Shown here piece after piece: positions 23,893 to 36,100 of a stretch of 64,000 nucleotides of DNA (position 1 is the stretch's first letter; every line of letters starts with the position of its first letter). A program made the position numbers and the translations under genes. This stretch comes from Takakia lepidozioides (Eukaryota; Plantae; Bryophyta), in contig CM060731.1 in assembly GCA_030704615.1 (NCBI GenBank), positions 61,442,001 to 61,506,000 of the forward strand. Direction: 5' to 3'. The notes beneath the pieces are model-generated. The model saw only the letters and a program-made list of their open reading frames with translations. It had not been told where the DNA came from and did no database searches.

Positions 23893-26800
23893 CCCCCCCC
23901 CCCCCCTCCCCAATGCCATGAGTACATTCTCTCCAAAGCTCCATGGCCCCCAGTGTGTGAAATGTCTTCTCGGTGCGCATTAAGTCCATGCTGATACCTC
24001 AGATTTTGCAGATTATACAGACAAACAAACTCCAATGACTTCCGAAATAATTGGGGACTGAGCACTACATACCATGATTTGAAATCGATGTAGTCATGAA
24101 GGTCATAATTCGCAGCCCCAACAGCATTGTAGGCGGCCTCCTTAAGCAGTAGTGCAGGAGTAAGTTGGATATCTACCCCTGGTGCTGCAGGTGGGCACCC
24201 CTCTGATGCTTGCTTAAGTATCTCGACAACTACTGGTGCCAACAGCTGCATGAACCAAAAAACTCTTGTTGAGCAAAAGTCACCCCTATCATAAAATGGC
24301 CTTCAACATTTGTTATGCATATTGCCATCTGGGAGTGATCAGTATCAGCAGTGAGCCCTCAACCAAGTATTTGCAGCCGATGTACAACAAAACGTCCCGT
24401 CAACCTATCGAGTCCATGTTTAGTGCAGCAAGCCTTGAGGACCATAACATTAGATGAATCTTACGATGGTCAAAGACTCTGCCAGATGTAGAATTTCTTT
24501 CAACCTGCCACATCAAGAGGGACCAACAGTCCCGGGGGAGAAGTATAAAAGTAAGAGGGGCACCTCACGATGCGACTCAAAAAGCCCAAGATAGAGCGAT
24601 TCAGCACACGGTCGCAGCTTTTCTTTCCATTGAACCAAATCTTGCTCATGGTGGAATGCTTCTGGATCTCGAGACCACTCCTCCAGATCCGTTGAGGTGA
24701 GCACAAAGTATCTGTACCATGGACATGAGCGTGAGCAACTTCGCATATGTACAAGCAATGCTAGGACGTCCATGCTTGACCAGCTTATTGAATGGCATGA
24801 CCAAACAGAACCTGCGTAGTAGCTCAGCTTTCTCCTCATTACGATAACAAATTACATTCTCACCCTCTCATCTTTGAGTAATGTTTGGTCATGGTCAACT
24901 CATGATTTTTCTGGCGTGCTTACAGATCTATGGATATGTAAGGTCTTTTGGTCGTTCTTCCTCTCCTTAATTTTCTTTTTCTTTTTCCTTTCTGGACAAA
25001 GGAAAGGCAAACACCTCGGAACAAAACGTACAAAAACAATCCTTGAAGGCAGTCTCCTACAGGGGTTTTCGCTCTCTACACAACTTAGTGTGCACTGTCT
25101 CTCAAGCACTGTTATGCAGAAACCTAAGTGTGTCAGAGCACTACTTCTTTGAGTCTTTGGCTTCACACATTCTATTTGCAACTCAGTTGATCTAAGACAG
25201 CCTACTGCACACAAAAAAAATTCTTTCACTCTCTTACACCCCCTTTGGCCATTACGGAGTTTCTTTTGCTCGTTCTGAGGAAAAATGGAGACACCCCTGA
25301 ACTCTGGGAGGTGGACACGAAAAGTCAGGAAAGGCAAGAACTTTTGTCAAATGGATTAGAAAGCATGACCAAATGGAATATAATATTGAGAGTGGTCAGA
25401 CTATAACAGCAAGCAAGATTCCAAAGACACTCAAAAGCTTGTACACACCTCCGCACTAGGATTCCACAAAGCAACACCAGACGCGGCTTGTCCAAGAGGG
25501 ACTGCAAAATCTCTTCAGCCTGTCTAGCAAGATTCCCTTTTGCTTCTTCCATGGACGGAGTGCTTTGCCCAACAACCCGCCCTGCTTTGTTGGGCCTATA
25601 GGCAACACACTGGATAACAGTCTGAATGAAGACCATGCACTTTATCAAAAACTGTTCAAACGCACCGCCCTCCTCCTTTGGTTCTGTTATTTGCAGGTAG
25701 CAAAAGTCCAGGACTGGAGGGAGTACAGCCTTGTTGCTGAATGAGTAGGGATGTGCAGATAGCACTTCCACCATTATCTTCATCAGCCTCAGACATGCCT
25801 TCTCTATAAACCCTCGGAATGCTTGCCCTTGTGGCAGCGCAGTGCCTGAAAACGCCATTGAATATCAAAACTTTCAGCTAAGAATGGTGGGTCCCAGAAA
25901 ACATCTAGTGACATACAATCATTACATTGATATGCTTAGTAGGATCCTCTATTCTGTGGAGGATGGTCGCTTACGATATTGAAGTAGAGACTGAACTGCT
26001 TGGAGAAAAGGAGGACACACTTGTTTCACACGTGCCACTTCCTGCACCAAAGCCAGAAAACACAAACTAGCAAGATGAAAGAGGGACCAGGGGCTGAGAG
26101 GTACAGTACAGACCAGAACATCACAGTTCACTGCACTTCTTGGCACACAAGATACATGCTTCAGTGCTTAGAGATGAGCATTTTGTTCACTTCCACAACA
26201 TTGGCGTGCAGTGTCAAGCCCAACCAGCCTGGCAATCCAGGTCTTCAGCAAGATTTGTTAATCTCAGACAATGGGCCAATCTATGGCATCTACATTGGAG
26301 TGACAGCAAGTAACATCTAGGACCAACACACTGACTGTTTTGAAAAGCAACTGACACCAAATATTCCCTTAGCACCAACAAGCAAGGGTAATCGTGATTA
26401 CTTGAACAGACTTGGCATCACTTTGAAAGCCGTGTAGTAGCATACGACGCAACACCTTTAAGCAGAGCATCCAGCGTTCACAAGTCAACTGGAGTGCCTT
26501 GTCTTGATCAGAGGAGAGCAGACCACTTTCTGGGCTATTAAGAATGATTGAAAAGCCTTGAAGGATTCTTTGTATGTCCGCACACCAGTGATGCCATGTG
26601 TAGTCAAAATGCTGGGAGGTGATCTGCATAAGAGGCCAGCAACAACTCCGTAAACCTTGTCATCCTCTTTGCCAGTGAGATTGCACTATTGCAATGTCTA
26701 CTTCAAGTGAGTACTTACGATACACATACCTCAGCAAAATTACGCTGGTCTGCTGCAAGTCGCTTGGTGGATAGCTCTTTTAGAATTTGGTTGAGTACCA

Positions 26801-28684
26801 GATATACACGCTGGGTGGTTAGGACATCCGGGGACTGGAGCATCTGTAGCAGCGTTGGGAACAACTCTTGCCTGCCAACCACTTTGATTCAGATTCCAAT
26901 CTTACAACATCTACAAGAAACATTGCAGAGGGGACTGTACAAACAAGACGTAATATTCCAACTTCTTGTACGGTGTGATTGCAGCTAGTCCCAGGCTGAT
27001 GGGTGGTTGTAAAGGGATTTCATGGTGAACGAATAAAGTAGGAAAGAGAGAGCCGAAATGATAGGTTCAAACTTCTCTTATTGTTTGCAGTAGTAGAATC
27101 AGTAGATTTTCAGGAGCACCTCCTGAGGTGGAAGGAGTTGCAGTGATACCATAAACTTTTCCATACTCACAATATAATCAAATGACAATGTGACCAGAAG
27201 TAATAGATGATTAAGAGGAATGCTTCCAATGCCCTCAACACAAAGGTGTCCTCAAAACCAAAGAGAAGGCATACCACTCTCGAGGATAATCGAAACGAGC
27301 AATTTTGGAGATTAAAAGGGCAAGCTGCACAGCAACCTGCGATATGAGATCATAATTAGACCTTGCCCATGACAAAGCCAACCGCCAGATTGAACATAAA
27401 AGGGGACAGCAAGGAACATCAACAATCAAAAGTATACTCACTGCATACCAAACAAAAAGCACGTGAAGAAGGTTGAAAGAAGGGGCTAAGCATGCAATTG
27501 TAAGAGAAACAGAGGGAGCAGGATATTGTGGCATACCTGACTGTTTTCCTCCCTTATTAGCTCAAGCAGTTTTCTACGTAGATAAGGTTTCTCTGCATCA
27601 CTTATGCCCCTGGCACACATGTGCAACTGTGAGGACTACCTCTAACGGGACCAGCTACTAACTGGTGAGATGGACAGGAAGAAAATCGATGTCCAACAGA
27701 GAAGGCAAGAAGGGAAAATCCAGAACCCTAGCGAGAGAGAGATCATACTCTTGGTGGACACAAAAGAAGGATTTTCATGGAACTATTTGGACTCCACTAC
27801 ATACCCTTGCAGCAAAATGAAGGATCTAAATGCCAAAAATGGCTCCACCGCCAGCTTGTGGTGGAGAGCACATAAGCACATACAAGAACAAAAATATAAT
27901 ACAGGGTGACAGACAAGAGAATGCATTTCACAATCAGACACTAAAAACTCTAGAGGGTAGCACAGCTTCAAACCACATAGCAACAGTACCCATTCGTACA
28001 AGAGGACACAAAAGGAAGACAACAGTTACATTATTGCAAACAACAGCATGCAATAGATCATTTGACCGTCAGGAGTAGTACCACTGGGGAAAGAAGGTGC
28101 AAACTAAAAGAAAATTGCATTCCACCAGCAAGGTGACTACAGGTCGAATGTAGGTCTTGGAAGAAAATGCTCCACATATTTCACAGTCGTGAGTGAGGCG
28201 CATCCTAACAATTCAAGGATCCACAGCAGTACCGAACATCAAACATGTAGACAGGCACACAAGACATTGTTTCCAAAGGGCCATATCACTTACGGGGTGT
28301 CTCGTCTAGTCCTCCAATAGCGATTAATACTATTCTTGAAATATACGGATGCAAGCCACCGGGCGTCACTCTGCTGCCCCAAATCTTTGGCCGCAATGAT
28401 CTCCTACATTCCCATAATCATCATCAATTCCCGTTACTGTTCAAGAATTACGAACATAACATTTCTGGAGTAGGCAGAAGCATAAATCTCGGGCTCTAAA
28501 ACCTCTCTCTTTCTCGCTCTCTCACCTCCCATGTGGATCGTACCAGAAGGCAAGAACAGAAGCCTGGCCTGCTCTCGCAGGCGGAGAGAGTATCTTCCGC
28601 AGGCTTGCGTATGGCCTCCTCTTGTCTCAAAGCATTTTGTAGCAGCGAATACACCGTTGAGAGATCTTGCGACGTGACAGCCAT
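18107..28684 (-). CDS. KA120: Importin-11 / KA120 (karyopherin-beta), multi-exon
   Basis: Exon 1 MAVTSQDLSTVYSLLQNALRQEEAIRKPAEDTLSACESRPGFCSCLL and exon 2 EIIAAKDLGQQSDARWLASVYFKNSINRYWR match the IBN_N domain of plant importin-11. Further exons: ISKIARFDYPREW, YFVLTSTDLEEWSRDPEAFHHEQD, LLKEAAYNAVG, ILHRRVAWLLGQW, LDELNMLEDG. Last coding exon VYIADPVNNVAL...LQQLMQS*. About 20 exons with splice signals. Confidence 0.93.
18850..19137. repeat. Tandem repeat, three copies of ~90-100 bp, overlapping an importin-11 splice acceptor
   Basis: GACACTGGTGCAGACAC...CAGGAT(C/T)GCAGAT...CAGCA.(A/G)TTGCCTACTT.CTGTACATGAAAAAC...AAGCAAGAA recurs at ~18850, ~18952 and ~19043. Confidence 0.9.
23860..23911. 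repeat. (CT)n microsatellite plus poly-C tract in an intron
   Basis: Directly visible tctctctc... followed by a long C run. Confidence 0.9.
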
Positions 28685-29524
28685 TCTCTCTTCTTTTGTG
28701 CACCACTGTCACAGAAAAACAAGGGCCAATGAGCTAATTCAAGAAAAAGCATAAATCTCCAGTTCGACCAGGGAGAATCTCATCCTTCACAGCTCGTAGG
28801 CTGATCTATAAGGAAACAGACAGATCGGTCTTGGAAAAACCCCTAGCGAGAGCAGATACACCAGTTGAATCTACAGATTTGCAATCTGTTTGATCACGTC
28901 CAACCCCGCAGGATCCTCACTCCGCCCGAACCTTCCCAAAAATTCTAACTACGCTGCAAAATTCAGCCTCATTCGAGGAACACCTCACAAGATCAAAATC
29001 CACCAGTCAAAAGAAACAAAAGGCTTCTTCCTCTCGACCAGCTTCTTCCCCTCTCAGACACTCGACCCATGGATACTTCCAAGCTTCACAGCTGCTGGTC
29101 TATTAGTGAGAGAAGACAAAGAGAACGTGTGCAACCCCTAATCCGCCATAGCTCTGCTTTGGTGAAGCTCCCGGACCTGCTTGTGTGTATATTTCGAATT
29201 TGGGGTACCAGAGCCGGTCACGTCTACCGGGCAGTCACCCCTCGGCCGGTCATTTGCCCATTTACGCCACCGGCCATTAACGGTACTCAGGTGGCAGGTC
29301 ACATTCTGTAGCTATATCATGATCCCAAGGATGAAAGGTTATTATGACGATGAAAAATGACGCCGCCTCTTCAACAAGTCATCGCCGGTAGCCGCTAACT
29401 AGCACTTGCAACTGAGGGCCCCCGACCAATCGTCTTTCTCCACTTTTTCTTTTTCCTTTTTTCTTTTCATTTTTTTTGAGAAAGGGGAGGACTGAAGGGA
29501 AGAAAATTAAAACTTACCCTCGTA

Positions 29525-30060
29525 TAGCCAAGGCTAGAGTAAATTAGAGCTTATTTCCCATGTGGGTATTGTATCCTTTTGGGGGTGGGCTCTATAGCAC
29601 GGATGTAATTGTAATGTGGCCTTCCACGTCAGCATCCAACAGGGCCAGTCCGACCTCACCATTCATATTGTAGAATTTACATTCTACCATGATAGGTACC
29701 CATATCACCAATCGATTACATATAAACGTGTCAAATATGAACCTCTCAATGGCCCTTCGTCCGCATGGATGGAATGCGGCCCCCTAGACTATTATCACCG
29801 CATGTGTCAAAGAGGTGCACATAGCCATAACGTCCACATCCTAAAACAGAACCGAACTATCTCTTAAATACACCACCCCCCCTTGTACGCACCATACATT
29901 TTACAGCTATCACATCGCTCATTGCCTAATCCTCAACAAGCACAAGATTGAAAGTGACCAATTAGCCACTGTGTGACTGGTCGGGTGCTGATAGAGCCCA
30001 CTCCTAAAAGGGGACAGTTCCGCAAGGGGAAGAGGCTCTTATTTACGCTGGCTCCGGCTG
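29525..30060. mobile_element. Degenerate MITE-like element with ~90-bp terminal inverted repeats
   Basis: 29525-29620 (GTAAATTAGAGC...CCTTTTGGGGGTGGGCTCTATAGCAC) matches the reverse complement of ~29963-30060 (GTGCTGATAGAGCCCACTCCTAAAAGG...GCTCTTATTTAC). No TSD seen. Confidence 0.6.
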
Positions 30061-31424
30061 GCATCATATATCGTATATTATATATTATATAATGTATATT
30101 ATATATAAGAAGACAATAGGAATAATGTAAGAGCTTAACGAACGCGTGTGATCTGACGGTATTTCTATTATTTTCCTTATATATATATTTATGACATTGG
30201 TCACTTTTAATTTTTATATTAATTAAGGATGATGCTTGTAAGCAATCAGATAACTATAAAGTGGAGGTTTTGAAGGAACTATGAATACTTGAAGTACGCG
30301 GTATTTTTAGGGTTTGTTGTAAACTAGTGGTAGCTATGAACCTTCAGTAATACTAATAATCAATGGTGCAATATGTCAACCATTCGAAGAGCTTAATATT
30401 TTAATGTTATTTTGTTAAGTATTGATTGGTCTAGAAAGTGGTCATGGCAAAATGTAAATTCAATAATATGAATTTTGTAAGAGATGGACATGGTCTTGTA
30501 GACGATGATAAGGAGATTGGGAGACCCTGAGTAGTATATCTGTGCACGTGTGTGCCAGACATATATACATGGGTTAGATAGGCATGTGCAGAGAAGAAGG
30601 CATGGGAGGGGGAATCGTATGGTTTCAAGGTGGGCATCCCTGGAAAGTTCTTGGATTAACCCCTAAGCGCCTAGTGGGTAATGTTGACTAACGGAAGTTC
30701 TCGCAGAAAAAAAAAACCTGAAAATTTGACCGCACATTTGGTGCGTAACTACCTCACCTACGGCTCTGCAAATTTGCAGGCCAATCAGGTTAGATTCTGC
30801 AAAACCCCACCGTTGGGAGTGGGGCCCTTTTTGGAAAAACAAAAAAAGGATTTAGCATTTTTTATATTTTTGGATGACGGGATGAAGGCTGGTGGACACG
30901 AGAGTTTGAGGCTTTCATCCCCACGGGATGTTGCGTCCAACAAGGCAAGATTTAGCAGAATTGGGTAAGTCCTCGCCACATGGCACGTGGTCAACCCAGG
31001 GGGGGTCTTTTTGTGCATTTTGGACAATCCCAAACCATGTCCCAAACTGAAGCATTTTACTCTACGAGAGAGAGGCTTTGTCATGCCCACAAAGATGCCC
31101 AATTGGTATGTCCTTGTACGTTTCACATTGGTAGCAAAGAGACAAGGTGACAGGCTCACCATTGGCCCAAAATCAGATTCTGCCAACCTGCTCAAAGGCT
31201 GGGGGCAATTCCACCGTATGTTTCACATTGGCAGCAAAGTGACAAGGTGCCAGGCAAACCATTGCCAGCCTGCTCAAAGGCTGGGGACAATTGCTTTGTA
31301 TGTTTCACATTGGCACTGGAAAAAAGACAGGGTCACCATAATTTCAATTCTGCCAACATGCTGAGTACCAAGCAAGCAAAGGGAACCCACCTCAACCTGT
31401 GTGCCAGCCCAACAGCCCCACACA

Positions 31425-32350
31425 AACTTGCCAGCCTTACCCCGAGCAGAATCTTACCATTGATGAAATGATGGTCAAGTACAAAAGTAAGTACTCTTCT
31501 CTTTCCAAAAAACCAGTCAAGTGGGGTATAAAGGTATGGAGTCTTGCCAATGCCGAGTCGAAATACATGAGTAAGATGGAGGTGTACTTGGGAAAGGATG
31601 ATGGTAATGACCTGACCCATGGTTCTGGATACTCTGTGGTTACAAGATTGTTGGAGGGCTTTCAAGGTAAGGGTCATATCGTGACCATGGACAATTTTTT
31701 TTTCCAGCCGTATACTATTCGATGACTTGGCAGCCAAAGGCATTTACGCCACTGGCACTGTGAAGACTGTCTGCATAGGTTTTCCTTCAGCCTTGGATTT
31801 GGGAAAGAAGGGGGAGAGGGGCCGAGGGGAAGATGTGGGCTGTCTCTTGGTTTAATGCGAAATGTATAAATTTGTTGAGTACAACAATTTACCCTATTGC
31901 TGCCAATTGTTTCATAGAGAGATGGCATAGAGGGGCTCGTCATCTTGTGCCCACCTCTCATGTTGTGAAGCATTACCAAGAGATGATGAGGGGGGTGGAC
32001 GTGCACGATCAACTAAGGGAGAACTATTCAGTTCAGGCTCGTGACCATAAGTGGTGGCACAGGCTGTACTTTCATAGCGTGGACACCCCCTTGGTGAATC
32101 TATGTGAAGTTCATAAAGCTAGAGGCCAAAGGCCCCTGACCCATTTATTATTCAATATAACGGTAGCAACGGGTCTAACGGAAGGGTGGGTTGGTCCCAG
32201 GAGAACAGTGATCACCGGGGCGGATGTGCCTCATTACTCCATGAAGGGCCCGCGGAGGAGAAAATGTGTTGAATGTGGAAAGCGACAAAGGTACTATTTG
32301 TGGTGTGTGTGGAGATATCTCTTGCTGTCTGGGACGCTGCTTTCTTGCAC
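31425..32350 (+). pseudogene. piggyBac transposase catalytic core and C-terminal Cys-rich domain
   Basis: LTIDEMMVKYK...KKPVKWGIKVWSLANAESKY...GHIVTMDNFF...GIYATGTV...VVKHYQEMMRGVDVHDQL...KWWHRLYF...RRKCVECGKRQRYY/CGVC. All three catalytic Asp motifs of the DDE_Tnp_1_7 family are present. Frameshifted and internally deleted. Confidence 0.92.
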
Positions 32351-33099
32351 CGTCACAGCCACATCTGAAACCTGTAAGTGCAATGTGAAGTTGTGAGGGT
32401 ACTGATCTTCTTTGATGTGGCATTCCCCTACAGAGATCTCGGCATTGTGCATGACGAGGGGTGAGCTCGTCCGGCACATCTAACCGTGTTGTTTATCTTT
32501 GTCTTTGCATGAACAATCTGGTTTGTTTGTTCCTGTTGATTTTGGCATGGAAACGATCCTACCAGAGTAGTGCTGGTTTTGTTTTGGGTAGTTTATTTGT
32601 TTTTGTAGGAGTCGCTTGGCACGTCCTTCCTCTTGGTCTTTGTTTTTTGCCTCTAATGGTGGGCAGGTTTGTATGTTTTTGCAGCTTCAATTTTTGGGAC
32701 TGGAGCTGCAGCCAGACATGAGCTGCAGCGATGACATGAGGCTTCTCGGTAGGATGTAGATGGCTGTAGATGAAGTTGGAACCAGTGATAGATGCGGGGC
32801 TGCAGCTATGATAAGAGCTGCAGCAGGTCAGTCCTACTTGGCCAGCAATCATCTGCATTTGTTTAGTGGTTTTGTTTGTCCCATTTCTGTGTTTTATTCA
32901 TGTTGCATTGCAAGTCACGCTGTAGGTGTTACTCCCCCAGCCAAGCGGGGTGCAAATAAGGATGGGGCATTCCCCTGCGGGAATCCCCCCTCCTTGTATG
33001 TATGGGCTACCAATGGGGCTGACTTTGTTGGGTTCAAATCCCTATAACTCATTCTGACCATTTAGCAACCACCCACTCTTAGCAAGCTTGTCAAAAGTA

Positions 33100-33750
33100 G
33101 GATCAGCACTATCATAACAGATCAGCCGGTTGTCGAGTCCGAGCATATATGTTAATCATAACCACAACCCGTCACATGACATTCAAAGGCCAAAACAAAT
33201 CAAAGAAATCTACAGGAACAGCAGTATCCGGCAATTCATGGTTTGGTCCGGGGACAGGACCAGTGAAGGTAACCTCTGGCAATTGTATGGATTCTGAATT
33301 CCACATATCATCTTTGAACATTAGATTAGGAGGCCACTCTTCCCATCGTTCAGGTAAGTCGTACATGCCGAGTTTATGCCGAGCATTGCTAGTGTCTTCA
33401 CAATAGTCCCACATATCTGGATATTCGGCATGCTGTGGGTTTGCTCTCGCATCCACAAGATCGTAGTCCTCATCACTATCGCTCTCACTATCCCCCAATT
33501 CAGTGTCTGCCAATTCAGGCTTGGTGCCAAGTCCTAGCATTTCTTTGATGGTGCAAGGTATGGCATCGTCCGAATTGATAACCTCTACCAATGATGTCAA
33601 AACAGAATGCACACCCAAGCCACCAAAAAAGGATACAAGGTAACTTTCACATCCCACCACGATGTCCCAAGTAGATTCAATGACAGTGCCATACACACAT
33701 TCAGGCACATTAGAGGTTGAGGGCATTTCTTCCAAGTGCAAATCCTTCAC
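33100..33750 (-). pseudogene. piggyBac transposase N-terminal region (opposite strand to the core)
   Basis: Acidic tract DSESDSDEDYD followed by FTGPVPGP...PVDFFDLFWPLNVM*RVVVMINIYA, matching the P.DFF.LF.....IV..TN.YA motif that opens the piggyBac transposase domain. Confidence 0.78.
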
Positions 33751-34459
33751 TCAAACTTTCACTATGGATCCTAGGACCCTCAAATCATCCAGACTCTGGC
33801 TGTGACCAGCCACATCCCTGGTGACAAGCTGAGAACTACGAAGGGAGTAAGAAACCACATCAGCTTCAGCACTGTACAATTCCCCCAAGTTTCCCAAATC
33901 ACCGCAGGTTTGAGTTTGATTACCTTGCAACCTTGCTGCCCTCTTCAGCCTCATTGGCAGTAGTGCAACTAGGTTGAAAGTCAGGCCACACAGAAAACCG
34001 AAGCAGATCGTTGATGTCACTGAAAAGCCAATGGGATCTCCCTCCTCTTTCCTTTTCAACCCACCCTAGGATCTCGGCAGCTTGTCGTCGCCAAAGGTAC
34101 CGAAAATTAGAGGGCCCAGGGAAAGAGGGCCATCTCAGCCGCGCATGACGCTTCAAGCACAACAAGTAGTCTTCGTACAAGCACCCTTGCAATTAGCAAT
34201 CTAATCTTGGCTTGCACCAAGTGCCGCTGCCCATTTTGTAATAACAGCGGCCTCCACAACCAAATGACTAGGTGCAGGCGGAGGAGCACCATCGCTGCCC
34301 ATTTCACGAGCTGCCCACAACGATCAACTGACACTGCGCCGCCAAGAAATGAAGTGCACTCACTGCCCTCTCCCTCTCATAGGAGAATTTTTGAAGTTGC
34401 AACTTGCAACCAGACTCTTTGATTGCGTCAAGTTATACAGAGACCAGGCAAGGCGTGTA

Positions 34460-35582
34460 GGGAATTCCAAAAAGGCATTGATGTGAAATGCATCGCAATT
34501 CACTTGATCACCCCCCTAAAAGTGCGCAATTCAATTGAATTGCAAGGGCAATTCAATTGAACTGCTAAAACTAGCTTGAAAACAACCCTAATTTGCAATT
34601 CAATTGAATTGTAATCTATAATTTTTAACTTATTTTTGTATATAATATATAATATATATGTATATGTATATATTCAAATTATACTTATACACATATAAGA
34701 GTATAAGCTAAAAATACATGTTGCCCGTCTATTCTTGCTGGCCCTCTTTCTTGTGCCCTTGAGGAAATTGTGGAGTTGTGAAGCCACCCTCAGCCTCAGC
34801 GAGAAAGGAGAGCCAGAGACGGAGAGAGATCAGCAGCTTCCTGTGATTAACTGGCAAAAGAAACATGGCTGGCTCCGAAAGGAATAGACAAAATCAAACA
34901 TGACAATTGATGAAAGGCTTCCCCTGCATCATCATGTAGTCCCCTAACACTAGTATCTGGCCCAGGACAAAGAAAACAAAAAATATGTTCATCTTGAGAA
35001 TTATCAAAAATAATATTGTTTCGATACCCTTACAAAGGTATCATGTTGAAGTTGGGATGTGTGTTCCATATAAGTTTAATATATCAAACTCTTACACGTT
35101 GATATTCTTACATTGGTATCATGTTTGGTATATGTACATAGCCATATATTGGCATCAACATCTACAAAGAGAGACAATCCCGCTTTTACAAGCGCTTCGT
35201 GACTTCCTCTTTCTCTCTCCCTCTCTCGCTCTCCCTTAGGCTTATCTCGGGCTCAAGCCTTACCACGGGCAAAGGAGGATACAGACGGACAGCAAGAATA
35301 GACGGGCAACATGTATTTTTAGCTTATACTTTTGTATGCGTATATGTATAATTTAAATATGTACATATATATATATAATACATACAGAAATAAGTTAAAT
35401 TAGAGATTACAATTCAATTGAATTGTAGTCAGCAATTCAATTGATTTGCAAATTCACAATTCAATTGAATTGCAGTCAACAATTGAATTGAATTTGCCAA
35501 TTCGCAATTCAATTGAATCGTGTGCCGACACTTCAATTGAATTGCAAATTAGGGTTGTTTTCAAGCTAGTTTTAGCAGTTCA
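34460..35582. mobile_element. Foldback/MITE element with long inverted arms and CAATTCAATTGAATTG palindromic subrepeats
   Basis: 34558-34740 (TGAACTGCTAAAACTAGCTTGAAAACAACCCTAATTTGCAATTCAATTGAA...AAAAATACATGTTGCCCGTCTATTCTTGCTG) is inverted at ~35290-35582. Left flank 34460-34503 matches the hairpin element at 61416. Confidence 0.85.
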
Positions 35583-35944
35583 GGATAGAAAAATTGAGAC
35601 ATTTAGTGAAGGACATAAAAAAAAATCCCAAACAGCTTTTTAGACGCTAATTCTGATTTTCCTATTGAATTTCTAACATATAAATTTGGGGAGCCCATTT
35701 CACTAGCAACCCACATTCCCACAAATTTTCAAAGTTGCTCTTTTGTAGTTCCAGCTTGCCCAATAAAAAGTCCAATGGTTATTGCACAAGACCATATTAC
35801 AAGTGGTTTTGGGTTCAAAAGCCACATTGATGTATGTTGGATTTCACCCAATGTGGCCAACCCCCAACTCTCATATGCTCAGCTGACAACCTATTGTGTT
35901 GATGCCTAAAGACCTAATATAATATATGATGCCTCCTGAAGGAA

Positions 35945-36100
35945 GCGGGGAGGAAGCGTAAGTTATGGTGTCTCTTCAACTTGAAGGGCTATTGCCTTCC
36001 CGTAGGAAGGTAGACACCTTTGTGACAATAATCAGTGGATTGAACCCACAACCACTTTCGACGTGGTATGTGCCCATTACCAGTGGCTACAACTTTGGTT
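35945..36100 (-). mobile_element. tRNA-derived SINE-like repeat, family 1
   Basis: Shares TTGAACCCACAACCAC..TGGTATGTGCCCATTACCA.TGG.CTACA with the copy at 11855-11990. Confidence 0.65.

Larger units (their letters stand above)
30660..34459. mobile_element. piggyBac-superfamily DNA transposon remnant (rearranged)
   Basis: TTAA (30656-30659) followed by CCCCTAAGCGCC, a piggyBac-type terminus. Transposase fragments lie inside. The right boundary is inferred from GGCGTGTA at 34452-34459 and is uncertain. Confidence 0.75.
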
